Shown here piece after piece: positions 1 to 10,994 of a stretch of DNA of 32,000 bases. The stretch comes from Pseudomonas aeruginosa (lineage in GTDB: Bacteria > Pseudomonadota > Gammaproteobacteria > Pseudomonadales > Pseudomonadaceae). The position numbers and the translations under genes were made by a program. Below the pieces are notes generated by a model. It did no database searches, was not told the origin of the DNA, and saw only the letters and a program-made list of their open reading frames with translations. The stretch spans positions 3,810,001 to 3,842,000 of the forward strand of contig NZ_LN831024.1 of NCBI RefSeq assembly GCF_001457615.1, in the 5' to 3' direction. Positions within the stretch are counted from its first letter, which is position 1. Every line of letters starts with the position of its first letter.

Positions 1-33
1 CAGCATGCTCTGAGGCAGCGGCGGTACGCGCGG

Positions 34-59
34 AGGGGTGGCTTCGGCCACCCCTTTTT
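34..59 (+). terminator. Rho-independent terminator of the gene ending just before the window
   Basis: Perfect 9-bp stem AGGGGTGGC (34-42) / GCCACCCCT (47-55) with TTCG loop, followed by a T-run at 55-59. Confidence 0.6.
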
Positions 60-220
60 CATTCCGGCGCCCGGGGCCGCGAGCGCTTCGCAGGGCGAAC
101 GACGCCCCGGCGTCATCCGCCGATACCCCGCAGGACCGGCGGATGGCCGCCTCGCGCTTATCCGCCAGGCCCCTCCCCAGCCCATGCGCGCCGCCGGGAA
201 CGACACGAAACCGTAACGCA

Positions 221-234
221 TTGACCTCCATCAG
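221..234. promoter_or_regulatory. Degenerate Anr/FNR-type box upstream of aer
   Basis: TTGACctccATCAG matches 8 of 10 positions of TTGAT-N4-ATCAA. It lies about 158 nt upstream of the aer ATG. aer is reported to be Anr-dependent in P. aeruginosa. Confidence 0.45.
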
Positions 235-303
235 CGAATCCGCCATCTATCCGACCACGTGGTCGGTTCTCATGCTTTGGGTCAATAGCTATCTGTTTTT
301 CCT

Positions 304-319
304 CGTGAAAGCATTCACA
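304..319. promoter_or_regulatory. CRP/Vfr-type palindrome candidate
   Basis: cGTGA-aagcat-TCACA matches 9 of 10 positions of TGTGA-N6-TCACA. It lies 67-82 nt upstream of the aer ATG. Confidence 0.3.
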
Positions 320-385
320 AATCCCTCATGTGAAAGGCGTTTTCGCCGATGCAGAGGTAAATGCTTCACTTGTTTTGGAAGGCCC

Positions 386-1951
386 ATGCGCAACAATCAG
401 CCCATCACCCAGCACGAGCGCGTCTATCCGGCGGAACAACGCCTGATCACCACCACCAATCTCAAAGGCATCATCACCTACTGCAACGAAGCCTTCATCG
501 ACATCAGCGGCTTCAGCCGCGAGGAGCTGATGTCCGCGCCGCACAACCTGATCCGTCACCCCGACGTCCCGCCGGCGGTGTTCGCCCACATGTGGACCAC
601 CCTCAAAGCCGGCCGCCCGTGGATGGGGATCGTCAAGAACCGCTGCAAGAACGGCGACCACTACTGGGTCAGCGCCTATGTCACGCCGATCTACGACCAG
701 GGCGCGGTGGTCGGCTACGAGTCGGTGCGGGTCAAGCCGACCGCCGAACAGATCCAGCGCGCCGAGGCCCTCTACCGTCGCCTCGGCGCCGGCAAGCCGG
801 CGATCCCCCGGCGCGACCGCTGGCTGCCGGTACTGCTCGACTGGCTGCCGTTCATCCTGATCAGCCAGATCGGCTTCCTCATCGGTATCTGGCTGAACTC
901 CTGGTGGGGCTTCATCCTCGCCGGCCTGCTCGCCGTTCCGCTCGGCCTGGCCGGACTGCGCTGGCAGAAGCGCGGGCTGAAGCGCCTGATGCGGCTCGCC
1001 GAACAGACCACCTCCGACCCGCTGATCGCGCAGATGTACACCGACAGCCGCGGCGACCAGGCGCGCCTGGAAATGGCCATCCTCAGCCAGGACGCGCGCC
1101 TGAAGACCTGCCTGACGCGCCTGCAGGACACCGCCGAATACCTCACCGAACAGGCGCGCCAGGCCGACACCCTGGCCCACCACAGCTCCGCCGGTCTGGA
1201 ACAGCAGCGCGCAGAGACCGAACAGGTGGCCACCGCGGTCAACGAGATGGCCGCCACCACCCAGGAAGTGGCGAACAATGTCCAGTTGACCGCCGACGCG
1301 ACACAGAAGGCCAACGAACTGACCTCGCGCGGCCGCGACATCGCCGCGGAGACGCGCAACGCCATCCAGCGCCTGTCGGAGTCGGTGGGCGAGACCGGGG
1401 CCGCGGTGAGTCGCCTGGCCCAGGACAGCAACGAGATCGGCGGCGTGGTCGATGTGATCAAGGGCATCGCCGACCAGACCAACCTGCTCGCCCTCAACGC
1501 CGCCATCGAGGCGGCGCGGGCCGGCGACCAGGGACGCGGCTTCGCCGTGGTGGCCGACGAAGTGCGCTCGCTGGCGCAACGCACCGCGGCCTCCACCGAG
1601 CAGATCCACCACCTGATCGCCAAGTTGCAGAACACCGCCAACGATGCGGTACATACCATGGAGAGCGGCCTGCAGCAGGCCGAAGCCGGGGTCCAGCGGG
1701 TGCTGGAAGCCGACAGCGCGCTGGTCGGCATCAGCGAGGCGGTCAGCAACATCACCGAGATGACCACCCAGATCGCCGCCGCCGCGGAGGAACAGAGCGC
1801 GGTGGCCGAGGAAATCAACCGCAACATCAGCACCATCGCCGCCCTGGCCGAGCAGACCTCCGACGAGGCGCTGCGCACGGCGAAACTGAGCGAGGAACTG
1901 ACCACCACCGCGCAGAGCCAGTATTCCCTGGTCGAGCGCTTCAACCGCTGA
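386..1951 (+). CDS. aer: Aerotaxis receptor (PAS domain, HAMP, methyl-accepting chemotaxis signalling domain), 521 aa
   Basis: The internal ATG at 386 of ORF 38..1951 is preceded by GGAAGG. The N-terminal PAS region reads [24 protein letters not shown]...GDHYW, followed by a hydrophobic hairpin. The highly conserved MCP core [39 protein letters not shown] is present. Confidence 0.93.
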   Translation: MRNNQPITQHERVYPAEQRLITTTNLKGIITYCNEAFIDISGFSREELMSAPHNLIRHPDVPPAVFAHMWTTLKAGRPWMGIVKNRCKNGDHYWVSAYVTPIYDQGAVVGYESVRVKPTAEQIQRAEALYRRLGAGKPAIPRRDRWLPVLLDWLPFILISQIGFLIGIWLNSWWGFILAGLLAVPLGLAGLRWQKRGLKRLMRLAEQTTSDPLIAQMYTDSRGDQARLEMAILSQDARLKTCLTRLQDTAEYLTEQARQADTLAHHSSAGLEQQRAETEQVATAVNEMAATTQEVANNVQLTADATQKANELTSRGRDIAAETRNAIQRLSESVGETGAAVSRLAQDSNEIGGVVDVIKGIADQTNLLALNAAIEAARAGDQGRGFAVVADEVRSLAQRTAASTEQIHHLIAKLQNTANDAVHTMESGLQQAEAGVQRVLEADSALVGISEAVSNITEMTTQIAAAAEEQSAVAEEINRNISTIAALAEQTSDEALRTAKLSEELTTTAQSQYSLVERFNR

Positions 1952-1959
1952 GATCAGGC

Positions 1960-1981
1960 CGCGGGGAGGAAGCTCCCCGCG
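1960..1981. terminator. Bidirectional hairpin between convergent aer and the reductase gene
   Basis: Stem CGCGGGGAG / CTCCCCGCG (9 bp) with GAAG loop, in the 37-nt gap between the two stop codons. No clear U-tract. Confidence 0.5.
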
Positions 1982-1988
1982 CCTGCCG

Positions 1989-3146
1989 TCACTTGAAGTC
2001 CCATTGCATCTGCGCCGGGATGCTCACCGCGCTTGACGACTGCACGCAGACGTCGAGGTAGTCGGTGAAGCGCGGCGGCGCGGAGATCCCCTCCTCAAGC
2101 AGACGGCTGTTGTCGAACAGGTAGTTGAGGTCGGCAAAGCCGCTGTACAAGCGCAACGCGCGCAGGACCAGACGCGGATTGGCCGGGCCGATGCGCGACT
2201 CGAAGCTCTTCGCCAGTTCCTTGAGGTCGTCCACCTCCACCTTGCGGTAGCGCTCGCCTACCGGCGCCGCCCCGTTGGCGCGGGCGAAGGCCTCGTCGAT
2301 CTCGCCGAAGGTGCAGGCCGCGCGATGGCCGGCGGAGATATGATAGAGGCTGTGCCCCAGGCACGGCTTCAGCGCCAGGCCGATCAGCGCCTCGGCGCAG
2401 TAGTCGACCGGAATCACGTCGATCTGCTCGTCCAGGCCGCAGGTGAAGCTTTCCAGGGCGAAGCCCATGCGGAAAACCCAGAAGATGCTGCCGGAGGCCT
2501 GGCAGCCAAGGGTACGGTGGCCCACCACGATGGATGGCCGCGCCACCACCAGGGGCAGGTCCGGCAGTTCCTGGCGCATGCGCCGCTCGATTTCCGCCTT
2601 GGACGCGGTGTAGTCCACCAGTTGCTGCTCCGCCGCCGGGAATTCCCAGGACTCGCTGATCGGCGACTCTCGCTGCGGTCCGCAGCACATCGCGGTACCG
2701 ACGTGGAGGAAACGCTTCAGTCGCTTCGAACGGCTCAGCACGTCGGCGAAGGCGAAAGTGCCGTCGACGTTGACCGGCCAGATGGTCGGGTTCTTCGAGA
2801 ACGACGCCACGGCGGCGCAATTGATCACCCGCTCCACCTGCATCAGACGCGGCGTCTCGCGGGCCAGCCAGGAGGTGTCGAGGAAATCGCCGCAGAGGAT
2901 CTGCTCCGCCCGCAGTGCCAGGCAGTCGGTTTCGTCGACGCCATGCATCAGCAGGTTGCCGCGCAGGCGCTCGAGCCCCTCCTGGCGGGATTCGGCGCGG
3001 ACCAGGAAGGACAGGTTGGCGCCGTGCCCGGCGGCGATCAGCTGGGCGGCGACCGAACCGCCGAGAAAGCCGGTGGCCCCCGTCAGCAGGATGCGTTCGC
3101 GGGTATCGATAGCGGTGATCTGCTCACCGTCGGCATGCATGTTCAT
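1989..3146 (-). CDS. NAD(P)-dependent extended SDR, thioester/acyl reductase-like (NAD-binding-4 type), 385 aa
   Basis: Full ORF with Rossmann motif [11 protein letters not shown] near the N-terminus and catalytic YTASK (YxxxK). A G-rich Shine-Dalgarno sequence (GGGGGGA) sits 4-5 nt before the ATG at 3146. Confidence 0.8.
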   Translation of the reverse strand: MNMHADGEQITAIDTRERILLTGATGFLGGSVAAQLIAAGHGANLSFLVRAESRQEGLERLRGNLLMHGVDETDCLALRAEQILCGDFLDTSWLARETPRLMQVERVINCAAVASFSKNPTIWPVNVDGTFAFADVLSRSKRLKRFLHVGTAMCCGPQRESPISESWEFPAAEQQLVDYTASKAEIERRMRQELPDLPLVVARPSIVVGHRTLGCQASGSIFWVFRMGFALESFTCGLDEQIDVIPVDYCAEALIGLALKPCLGHSLYHISAGHRAACTFGEIDEAFARANGAAPVGERYRKVEVDDLKELAKSFESRIGPANPRLVLRALRLYSGFADLNYLFDNSRLLEEGISAPPRFTDYLDVCVQSSSAVSIPAQMQWDFK

Positions 3147-3234
3147 GTCTTCCCCCCTCAGAGAAGTCAGTCGCCCACGCCTCGATGCGAGGGTGGTTGC
3201 GCCGCAGCTTATGAGGGGATGCCTTAAGGAACCG

Positions 3235-3867
3235 TTAATGGCCCTGGAGCCCGCGAAGGAAGCCGGCCACCTCCCGCGCCGTTGCCGCCAGGTGCTGCTC
3301 GTGGGTCAGGCCGGAGGCCTTCAGCGGCTTGAGGTCGTGGTCCGCCGCGGCCAGCCAGTGCAGGCGGATCGTCGGCGCCAGCGCATATCCCGCCACCGCC
3401 TCGCGGTTGCCCAGGGCGTCGCGCTCGCCCTGGACGATCAGGGTCGGCGTGCGCAGCCCGGCGAGGTGGGCGACCCGCGGCTTCTCCGGCTTGCCGGCGG
3501 CGTAGAACGGGTAGCCGAGGCAGACCAGGGCATCCGCGCCCAGCTCGTCGGCCAGTAGGCTGGCCATGCGCCCGCCCATCGACTTGCCGCCCAGGGCCAA
3601 GGGCCCGTCCAGGGTCTCGCGGACCTGCGCATGGACTCGCCGCCAGCAGTCGAGCAACTGCGCTTGCGGATTCGGCGGACGCTTGCGGCCGTCCTCGCGA
3701 CGCTGGGCCATGTAGGGAAACTCGAAGCGCGCGACGGCGATGCCCTGGGCGGCGAGCAGTTCGGCGATGCGCTCCATGAACGGGCTGTCCATCGGCGCCC
3801 CGGCGCCATGGGCGAGAATCAGGGTGGCCGACAGCGAGCCGGCCGGGCGGTTCCATTTCAGCGACAA
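3235..3867 (-). CDS. Alpha/beta hydrolase (KANL3/Tex30-like family)
   Basis: Motifs LILAHGAGAPMDSPFM and nucleophile elbow GGKSMGG. The longest ORF starts at a TTG at 3906 that abuts the Anr box. I prefer the TTG at 3867, which is preceded by AGGTG with a 7-nt spacer. The start is uncertain (3867 or 3906). Confidence 0.75.
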   Translation of the reverse strand: MSLKWNRPAGSLSATLILAHGAGAPMDSPFMERIAELLAAQGIAVARFEFPYMAQRREDGRKRPPNPQAQLLDCWRRVHAQVRETLDGPLALGGKSMGGRMASLLADELGADALVCLGYPFYAAGKPEKPRVAHLAGLRTPTLIVQGERDALGNREAVAGYALAPTIRLHWLAAADHDLKPLKASGLTHEQHLAATAREVAGFLRGLQGH

Positions 3868-3906
3868 CTTGCCACACCTCGTATGCAGTGGGGGTCGGGA
3901 AGCCAA

Positions 3907-3920
3907 TTGATCCCGATCAA
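3907..3920. promoter_or_regulatory. Anr (FNR-type) box of the ccoN2 operon promoter
   Basis: Perfect consensus TTGATcccgATCAA, 135 nt upstream of the ccoN2 ATG. This is consistent with the known Anr dependence of cbb3-2. Confidence 0.85.
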
Positions 3921-4054
3921 TATTTCATAACGCCCCATTATCCATGCTTCCTCTCGCTAATTACGCCAATTAGACCAGCCCCAATGGGGGGACGCCCGGC
4001 ATCCCAACTGCCGGAAAAAGCCATAGCGTATAACCGTGGATGGAAGCCCATAGC

Positions 4055-5482
<1,428 letters not shown>

Positions 5483-5492
5483 GGAGCCGAGC

Positions 5493-6101
5493 ATGAAACA
5501 CGAAATACTCGAGAAGAACGTCGGCCTGCTGGCGCTATGCATGGCCGTGGCCGTGAGCATCGGCGGCCTGACCCAGATCGTGCCGCTGTTCTTCCAGGAC
5601 GTGACCAACACCCCGGTCGAAGGCATGAAGCCCTATACCGCGCTGCAACTGGAAGGCCGCGACATCTATATCCGCGAAGGCTGCGTCGGCTGCCACTCGC
5701 AGATGATCCGTCCGTTCCGCGCCGAAACCGAACGCTACGGCCACTACTCGGTGGCCGGCGAGAGCGTCTGGGACCACCCCTTCCTGTGGGGTTCCAAGCG
5801 TACCGGCCCGGACCTGGCCCGCGTCGGTAGCCGCTACTCCGACGACTGGCACCGCGCACACCTGTTCAACCCGCGCAACGTGGTGCCCGAGTCGAAGATG
5901 CCGGCCTACCCGTGGCTGGTGGAGAACAAGCTCGACGGCAAGGACATCGAGAAGAAGCTCGAAGTGATGCGCACCCTCGGCGTGCCCTATACCGACGAAG
6001 ACATCAAGGGCGCCAAGGACTCGCTGAAAGGCAAGACCGAGATGGACGCCGTGGTCGCCTACCTGCAGGTGCTCGGCACCTCGATCAAGAACAAACGGTG
6101 A
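5493..6101 (+). CDS. ccoO2: cbb3 oxidase monoheme cytochrome c subunit II, 202 aa
   Basis: ATG at 5493 preceded by GAGGAG (5481-5486). N-terminal TM helix and heme motif CVGCHSQ. Confidence 0.95.
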   Translation: MKHEILEKNVGLLALCMAVAVSIGGLTQIVPLFFQDVTNTPVEGMKPYTALQLEGRDIYIREGCVGCHSQMIRPFRAETERYGHYSVAGESVWDHPFLWGSKRTGPDLARVGSRYSDDWHRAHLFNPRNVVPESKMPAYPWLVENKLDGKDIEKKLEVMRTLGVPYTDEDIKGAKDSLKGKTEMDAVVAYLQVLGTSIKNKR

Positions 6102-6106
6102 CGGCA

Positions 6107-6292
6107 ATGGATATCGGGACGCTGCGAGGACTCGGCACGCTGCTGATCATGGTCGCCTTCATCGGTCTGGTGATCTGGGCCTACAGCGGCAAACGCAAGA
6201 AGAGCTTCGACGAAGCGACGATGCTGCCCTTCGCAGACGATCCCGAAGCCAAAAAGCACGTCGAGCAAGCTTCTAGGAGTAACAAAGAATGA
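6107..6292 (+). CDS. ccoQ2: cbb3 oxidase small subunit CcoQ, 61 aa
   Basis: Single-TM peptide [32 protein letters not shown]. An alternative in-frame GTG at 6098 overlaps the ccoO stop. Its own stop overlaps the ccoP ATG (ATGA). Confidence 0.85.
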   Translation: MDIGTLRGLGTLLIMVAFIGLVIWAYSGKRKKSFDEATMLPFADDPEAKKHVEQASRSNKE

Positions 6293-7215
6293 CCACCTTC
6301 TGGAGTCTGTACATCACAGCTCTTACCGTCGGTACCTTGATCGCCCTGCTCTGGCTGGTCTTCGCCACCCGCAAGGGCGAGGCCAAGGGTACTACCGAAA
6401 AGACCATGGGCCACTCCTACGACGGCATCGAGGAGTACGACAACCCGCTGCCGAAGTGGTGGTTCATGCTGTACATCGGCACCATCGTCTTCTCCGTCGG
6501 CTACCTGGTCCTGTACCCGGGCCTGGGTAACTGGAAAGGCGTGCTGCCGGGCTACGAGGGCGGCTGGACCCAGGACAAGCAGTGGGAACGCGAGATGAAC
6601 ATCGCCCAGGAGAAGTACGGGCCGATCTTCGCCAAGTACGCCGCCATGCCCATCGAGGAAGTGGCCAAGGACGAGCACGCCATGAAGATGGGCAGCCGCA
6701 TGTTCGCCACCTACTGCTCGATCTGCCACGGTTCCGACGCCAAGGGCGCCCTCGGCTTCCCCAACCTGGCCGACAACGAGTGGCGCTGGGGCGGTGACCC
6801 GCAGAGCATCGAGACCACCATCCTCGGCGGTCGCCACGCGATCATGGCGGCCTGGGGCGACATCCTCGGCGAAGACGGGGTGAAGAACGTCGCCGCCTAC
6901 GTCCGCACCGAACTCGCCGGGCTGAAGCTGCCGGAAGGCACCAAGGCCGACGTCGAGGCCGGCAAGCAGATCTTCTCGGTCAACTGCGTCGCCTGCCACG
7001 GCCCGGAAGGCAAGGGTACCGCCCTGGTCGGCGCGCCGAACCTGACCAACCCCGGCGCGTTCATCTACGGCTCCAGCTACGCCCAGCTCCAACAAACCAT
7101 CCGCCATGGCCGCCAGGGCCAGATGCCGGCCCAGGAGCCCTACCTGGGCAAGGAAAAGGTGCACATCCTGGCCGCCTACATCTACAACCTGTCGCACAAC
7201 CAGGGCAGCAACTGA
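6289..7215 (+). CDS. ccoP2: cbb3 oxidase diheme cytochrome c subunit III, 308 aa
   Basis: N-terminal TM helix and two heme c motifs, CSICHG and CVACHG. Confidence 0.95.
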   Translation: MTTFWSLYITALTVGTLIALLWLVFATRKGEAKGTTEKTMGHSYDGIEEYDNPLPKWWFMLYIGTIVFSVGYLVLYPGLGNWKGVLPGYEGGWTQDKQWEREMNIAQEKYGPIFAKYAAMPIEEVAKDEHAMKMGSRMFATYCSICHGSDAKGALGFPNLADNEWRWGGDPQSIETTILGGRHAIMAAWGDILGEDGVKNVAAYVRTELAGLKLPEGTKADVEAGKQIFSVNCVACHGPEGKGTALVGAPNLTNPGAFIYGSSYAQLQQTIRHGRQGQMPAQEPYLGKEKVHILAAYIYNLSHNQGSN

Positions 7216-7226
7216 CCCCTCCCCCC

Positions 7227-7250
7227 ACCCGCGCCCTCCCGGGCGCGGGT
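7227..7250 (+). terminator. GC-rich hairpin after ccoP2 (possible partial terminator between the two operons)
   Basis: Perfect 10-bp stem ACCCGCGCCC / GGGCGCGGGT with TCCC loop. No U-tract follows. Confidence 0.4.
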
Positions 7251-7285
7251 CCTTCCCCCGGTCTCAGACCTTAGTCCCAGGCGGC

Positions 7286-7300
7286 GCGACGAAGTGTCGC
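7286..7300. promoter_or_regulatory. GCGAC-N5-GTCGC palindrome (candidate PrrA/RegA-family, i.e. RoxR, site) upstream of ccoN1
   Basis: GCGACgaagtGTCGC has perfect half-sites. It lies in the inter-operon spacer, 280 nt upstream of the ccoN1 ATG. Confidence 0.4.
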
Positions 7301-7579
7301 ACCAGCGGACGCCTTTCCTACCCTTCCTTTTCAATCGCGTCTAAGCTGCTCTGCATTCGTCCCTCTCCGGCAGAGCGACGGGACACCTAACTTCACCGGC
7401 CGAACCCACTCGTCCGGATAGCGCCAGAAAGCCATACGGCCGCCTTGGAAAGCGCTCTGAAGCAGGCATCAAACTGGCGTCGCCCCTGGCCTGGCGCGTT
7501 GCAATGCCCACCCGCTTTCTCCATACTTGCCGCCGATTTTTTGTCCCTAAAAAAGTCCATTAACCGTGGAACCCCTAGC

Positions 7580-9007
7580 ATGAGCACAGCAATCAGTCAG
7601 ACTGCTTATAACTATAAGGTGGTCCGCCAGTTCGCCGTTATGACGGTGGTCTGGGGGGTCATTGGAATGGGTCTCGGTGTCCTGATCGCCGCCCAACTGG
7701 TATGGCCCGAATTGAACTTCGACCTGCCGTGGACGAGCTTCGGCCGCCTTCGCCCCCTGCACACCAACGCGGTGATCTTCGCCTTCGGTGGGTGCGCCCT
7801 CTTCGCCACCTCGTACTACGTGGTGCAACGTACCTCGCAAGCCCGACTGATTTCAGACACGCTGGCGGCCTTCACCTTCTGGGGTTGGCAGGCCGTGATC
7901 GTGGGCGCCGTGCTGACCCTGCCGCAGGGTTTCACCACCTCCAAGGAATACGCCGAACTGGAATGGCCGCTGGCCATCCTCCTGGCGATCGTCTGGATCA
8001 CCTACGCGATCGTGTTCTTCGGCACCATCGTCAAGCGCAAGGTCAAGCACATCTATGTGGGCAACTGGTTCTACGGTGCCTTCATCCTGGTGACGGCGAT
8101 GCTGCATATCGTCAACCACATGTCGCTGCCGGTGAGCTGGTTCAAGTCCTACTCCGCCTACTCCGGCGCCACCGATGCGATGGTCCAGTGGTGGTACGGG
8201 CACAACGCCGTGGGCTTCTTCCTGACCACCGGCTTCCTCGGCATGATGTACTACTTCGTGCCCAAGCAGGCCGAGCGTCCGGTCTATTCCTATCGCCTGT
8301 CCATCGTCCACTTCTGGGCGCTGATCTCCCTGTACATCTGGGCCGGCCCGCACCACCTGCACTACACCGCGCTGCCGGACTGGGCGCAGTCGCTGGGCAT
8401 GGTGATGTCGCTGATCCTCCTGGCACCGAGCTGGGGCGGCATGATCAACGGCATGATGACCCTCTCCGGCGCCTGGCATAAGCTGCGCACCGACCCGATC
8501 CTGCGCTTCCTGGTGGTATCCCTGGCCTTCTACGGCATGTCCACCTTCGAAGGCCCGATGATGGCGATCAAGACCGTCAACGCCCTCTCCCACTACACCG
8601 ACTGGACCATCGGCCACGTGCACGCCGGCGCCCTCGGCTGGGTGGCGATGATCTCCATCGGCTCGCTCTACCACCTGATCCCGAAAGTCTTCGGTCGCCC
8701 GCAGATGCACAGCATCGGCCTGATCAACGCGCACTTCTGGCTGGCCACCATCGGCACCGTGCTGTACATCGCCTCGATGTGGGTCAACGGCATCACCCAG
8801 GGCCTGATGTGGCGCGCGGTCAACGAGGACGGCACCCTGACCTACTCCTTCGTTGAAGCACTGGTCGCAAGCCACCCGGGCTTCATCGTGCGCATGATCG
8901 GCGGTGGTTTCTTCCTCACCGGCATGCTGCTGATGGCCTACAACACCTGGCGCACCGTGCGTGCTGCCAAGCCGGCCGAATACGAAGCCGCCGCGCAGAT
9001 CGCCTGA
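7580..9007 (+). CDS. ccoN1: cbb3-type cytochrome c oxidase subunit I (cbb3-1), 475 aa
   Basis: Internal ATG at 7580 of ORF 7445..9007. Collinear with ccoN2 and the same length. No full Anr box lies upstream. Confidence 0.95.
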   Translation: MSTAISQTAYNYKVVRQFAVMTVVWGVIGMGLGVLIAAQLVWPELNFDLPWTSFGRLRPLHTNAVIFAFGGCALFATSYYVVQRTSQARLISDTLAAFTFWGWQAVIVGAVLTLPQGFTTSKEYAELEWPLAILLAIVWITYAIVFFGTIVKRKVKHIYVGNWFYGAFILVTAMLHIVNHMSLPVSWFKSYSAYSGATDAMVQWWYGHNAVGFFLTTGFLGMMYYFVPKQAERPVYSYRLSIVHFWALISLYIWAGPHHLHYTALPDWAQSLGMVMSLILLAPSWGGMINGMMTLSGAWHKLRTDPILRFLVVSLAFYGMSTFEGPMMAIKTVNALSHYTDWTIGHVHAGALGWVAMISIGSLYHLIPKVFGRPQMHSIGLINAHFWLATIGTVLYIASMWVNGITQGLMWRAVNEDGTLTYSFVEALVASHPGFIVRMIGGGFFLTGMLLMAYNTWRTVRAAKPAEYEAAAQIA

Positions 9008-9021
9008 GGAGCCCGACGTAA

Positions 9022-9633
9022 ATGAAGAACCACGAAATACTCGAGAAGAACGTCGGCCTGCTGGCCATCTTCATGGTGATCGCCGTCAGCATCGGCGGCC
9101 TGACCCAGATCGTTCCGCTGTTCTTCCAGGACGTGACCAATACCCCGGTCGAAGGCATGAAGCCGCGTACCGCCCTGGAACTGGAAGGTCGCGACATCTA
9201 CATCCGCGAAGGCTGCGTCGGCTGCCACTCGCAGATGGTCCGTCCGTTCCGTGCCGAGACCGAACGCTACGGCCATTACTCGGTCGCCGGTGAAAGCGTC
9301 TGGGACCACCCGTTCCTGTGGGGTTCCAAGCGTACCGGCCCGGACCTGGCCCGCGTCGGCGGCCGTTACTCCGACGACTGGCACCGCGCGCACCTGTACA
9401 ACCCGCGCAACGTGGTGCCCGAGTCGAAGATGCCTGCCTACCCGTGGCTGGTAGAGAACAAGCTTGATGGCAAGGACACCGCCACCAAGATGGAAGTCCT
9501 GCGCAAGCTGGGCGTGCCTTACACCGACGAGGACATCGCCGGTGCACGTGAAGCCGTGAAGGGCAAGACCGAGATGGACGCCCTGGTGGCGTTCCTTCAA
9601 GGCCTGGGAACCTCTATCAAGAGCAAACGGTGA
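9022..9633 (+). CDS. ccoO1: cbb3 oxidase monoheme cytochrome c subunit II, 203 aa
   Basis: GAGGAG lies upstream of the ATG at 9022. Heme motif CVGCHSQ. Paralogue of ccoO2. Confidence 0.95.
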   Translation: MKNHEILEKNVGLLAIFMVIAVSIGGLTQIVPLFFQDVTNTPVEGMKPRTALELEGRDIYIREGCVGCHSQMVRPFRAETERYGHYSVAGESVWDHPFLWGSKRTGPDLARVGGRYSDDWHRAHLYNPRNVVPESKMPAYPWLVENKLDGKDTATKMEVLRKLGVPYTDEDIAGAREAVKGKTEMDALVAFLQGLGTSIKSKR

Positions 9634-9638
9634 GTGTG

Positions 9639-9824
9639 ATGGATATCGGGACTCTGCGTGGACTGGGCACCGTGGTGATCATGGTCGCCTTCATCGGCCT
9701 GGTGATCTGGGCCTACAGCGGCAAGCGCAAGAAGAGCTTCGACGAAGCGACGATGCTGCCCTTCGCAGACGATCCCGAAGCCAAAAAGCACGTCGAGCAA
9801 GCTTCTAGGAGTAACAAAGAATGA
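9639..9824 (+). CDS. ccoQ1: cbb3 oxidase small subunit CcoQ, 61 aa
   Basis: ATG at 9639, with an alternative GTG at 9630 overlapping the ccoO1 stop. The C-terminal 43 aa are identical to CcoQ2. Confidence 0.85.
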   Translation: MDIGTLRGLGTVVIMVAFIGLVIWAYSGKRKKSFDEATMLPFADDPEAKKHVEQASRSNKE

Positions 9825-10777
9825 CGACCTTCTGGAGTCTGTACATTACAGCTCTCACCCTCGGCACCCTGCTGGCGCTGACCTGGCTGATCTTCGCCAC
9901 CCGCAAGGGCCAGCGCAGCAGCACCACCGACGAGACCGTGGGCCACTCCTACGACGGCATCGAGGAGTACGACAACCCGCTGCCGAAGTGGTGGTTCATG
10001 CTGTTCGTCGGCACCCTGGTGTTCGCCGTGGGGTACCTGGCCCTGTACCCGGGCCTGGGCACCTGGAAAGGCCTGATGCCGGGCTACCAGTCCGCCGACG
10101 AATTCGCCGACAAGGAAAAAGGCTGGACCGGCGTCCACCAGTGGGAAAAGGAAATGGCCAAGGCCGACGAGAAATACGGCCCGATCTTCGCCAAGTTCGC
10201 CGCGATGCCCATCGAGGAAGTCGCCAAGGATCCGCAGGCGGTGAAAATGGGCGGTCGCCTGTTCGCCTCCAACTGCTCGATCTGCCACGGCTCCGACGCC
10301 AAGGGCGCCTACGGCTTCCCCAACCTGACCGACGCCGACTGGCGCTGGGGCGGCGAGCCGGAAACCATCAAGACCACCATCATGGCTGGCCGCCACGCCG
10401 CCATGCCGGCCTGGGGTGAAGTGATCGGCGAGGAAGGCGTGAAGAACGTCGCCGCTTTCGTCCTCACCCAGATGGATGGCCGCAAGCTGCCGGAAGGCGC
10501 CAAGGCAGACATCGAGGCCGGCAAGCAGGTCTTCGCTAGCACCTGCGTCGCCTGCCACGGTCCGGAAGGCAAGGGCACCCCGGCGATGGGCGCTCCCGAT
10601 CTGACCCACCCCGGCGCGTTCATCTACGGCTCTAGCTTCGCGCAACTGCAGCAGACTATCCGCTACGGTCGCCAGGGTGTGATGCCGGCGCAACAGGAAC
10701 ACCTGGGCAACGACAAGGTGCACCTGCTGGCCGCCTACGTATACAGCCTGTCGCACGGCGAGAAGAGCGCCGAATAA
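9821..10777 (+). CDS. ccoP1: cbb3 oxidase diheme cytochrome c subunit III, 318 aa
   Basis: Heme motifs CSICHG and CVACHG. Carries a 10-codon insertion relative to ccoP2 after the TM helix. Confidence 0.95.
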   Translation: MTTFWSLYITALTLGTLLALTWLIFATRKGQRSSTTDETVGHSYDGIEEYDNPLPKWWFMLFVGTLVFAVGYLALYPGLGTWKGLMPGYQSADEFADKEKGWTGVHQWEKEMAKADEKYGPIFAKFAAMPIEEVAKDPQAVKMGGRLFASNCSICHGSDAKGAYGFPNLTDADWRWGGEPETIKTTIMAGRHAAMPAWGEVIGEEGVKNVAAFVLTQMDGRKLPEGAKADIEAGKQVFASTCVACHGPEGKGTPAMGAPDLTHPGAFIYGSSFAQLQQTIRYGRQGVMPAQQEHLGNDKVHLLAAYVYSLSHGEKSAE

Positions 10778-10800
10778 GCGCTCCCTCCCCCACGACCCAG

Positions 10801-10834
10801 ACGGCGCCGGCAACCCCGGCGCCGTTTTATTTTG
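10801..10834 (+). terminator. Rho-independent terminator of the ccoN1O1Q1P1 operon
   Basis: Perfect 10-bp stem ACGGCGCCGG / CCGGCGCCGT with CAACC loop, then TTTTATTTTGTG. Confidence 0.85.
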
Positions 10835-10864
10835 TGCAAAAGAAAAGCGCGAATGGGACAATAC

Positions 10865-10879
10865 GCGACCAAAAGTCGC
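10865..10879. promoter_or_regulatory. GCGAC-N5-GTCGC palindrome upstream of ccoG
   Basis: GCGACcaaaaGTCGC lies 116 nt upstream of the ccoG ATG. Its centre is about 41 nt upstream of a TATAAT hexamer. Confidence 0.4.
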
Positions 10880-10896
10880 ACAGTTACCGCAAAAAG

Positions 10897-10918
10897 CCTG
10901 ATAGATCAGGCGTATAAT
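10897..10918 (+). promoter_or_regulatory. Palindrome CCTGATAGATCAGG abutting a consensus -10 hexamer (putative ccoG promoter/operator)
   Basis: Arms CCTGAT/ATCAGG occupy 10897-10910 and TATAAT occupies 10913-10918. No good -35 hexamer was found. Confidence 0.3.
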
Positions 10919-10994
10919 CAGTAGGCGTGCAACTATTTTCTGACCCTGTCGGCATGTACCGGCCGGGCGCCCCCCACTGCCGTGGTACGCACTG

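Noticed and set aside
38-385. N-terminal extensions of the aer (38-385), ccoN2 (4040-4054), ccoN1 (7445-7579), ccoO2 (5436-5492), apt (19307-19348) and mdtJ (21340-21381) ORFs.
   Set aside because: The extensions run through terminators or promoter motifs and are not shared between the cco paralogues. Internal ATGs with Shine-Dalgarno sequences give proteins of canonical length.
326-1654. Long antisense or alternative-frame ORFs throughout the track, for example 326..1654(-), 361..2061(+), 3938..5626(-), 6181..7197(-), 9713..11002(-), 12793..14466(-), 13266..14909(+), 22835..24448(-), 24397..25431(-) and 29506..30504(+).
   Set aside because: They overlap well-supported genes. Their Arg/Ala/Gly/Pro-rich compositions are low in complexity and typical of off-frame translation in about 66% GC DNA. 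They lack recognisable motifs and Shine-Dalgarno sequences.
7536-7555. The T6...A6 hairpin (TTTTTTgtccctAAAAAA) before ccoN1 read as a terminator or regulatory RNA.
   Set aside because: The stem is A/T-only and of low stability. It may simply be AT-rich promoter or UTR sequence, and there is no supporting evidence.
10897-10910. CCTGATAGATCAGG read as an Anr box.
   Set aside because: The arms are separated by 2 nt rather than the N4 of TTGAT-N4-ATCAA, so the half-site register does not fit.
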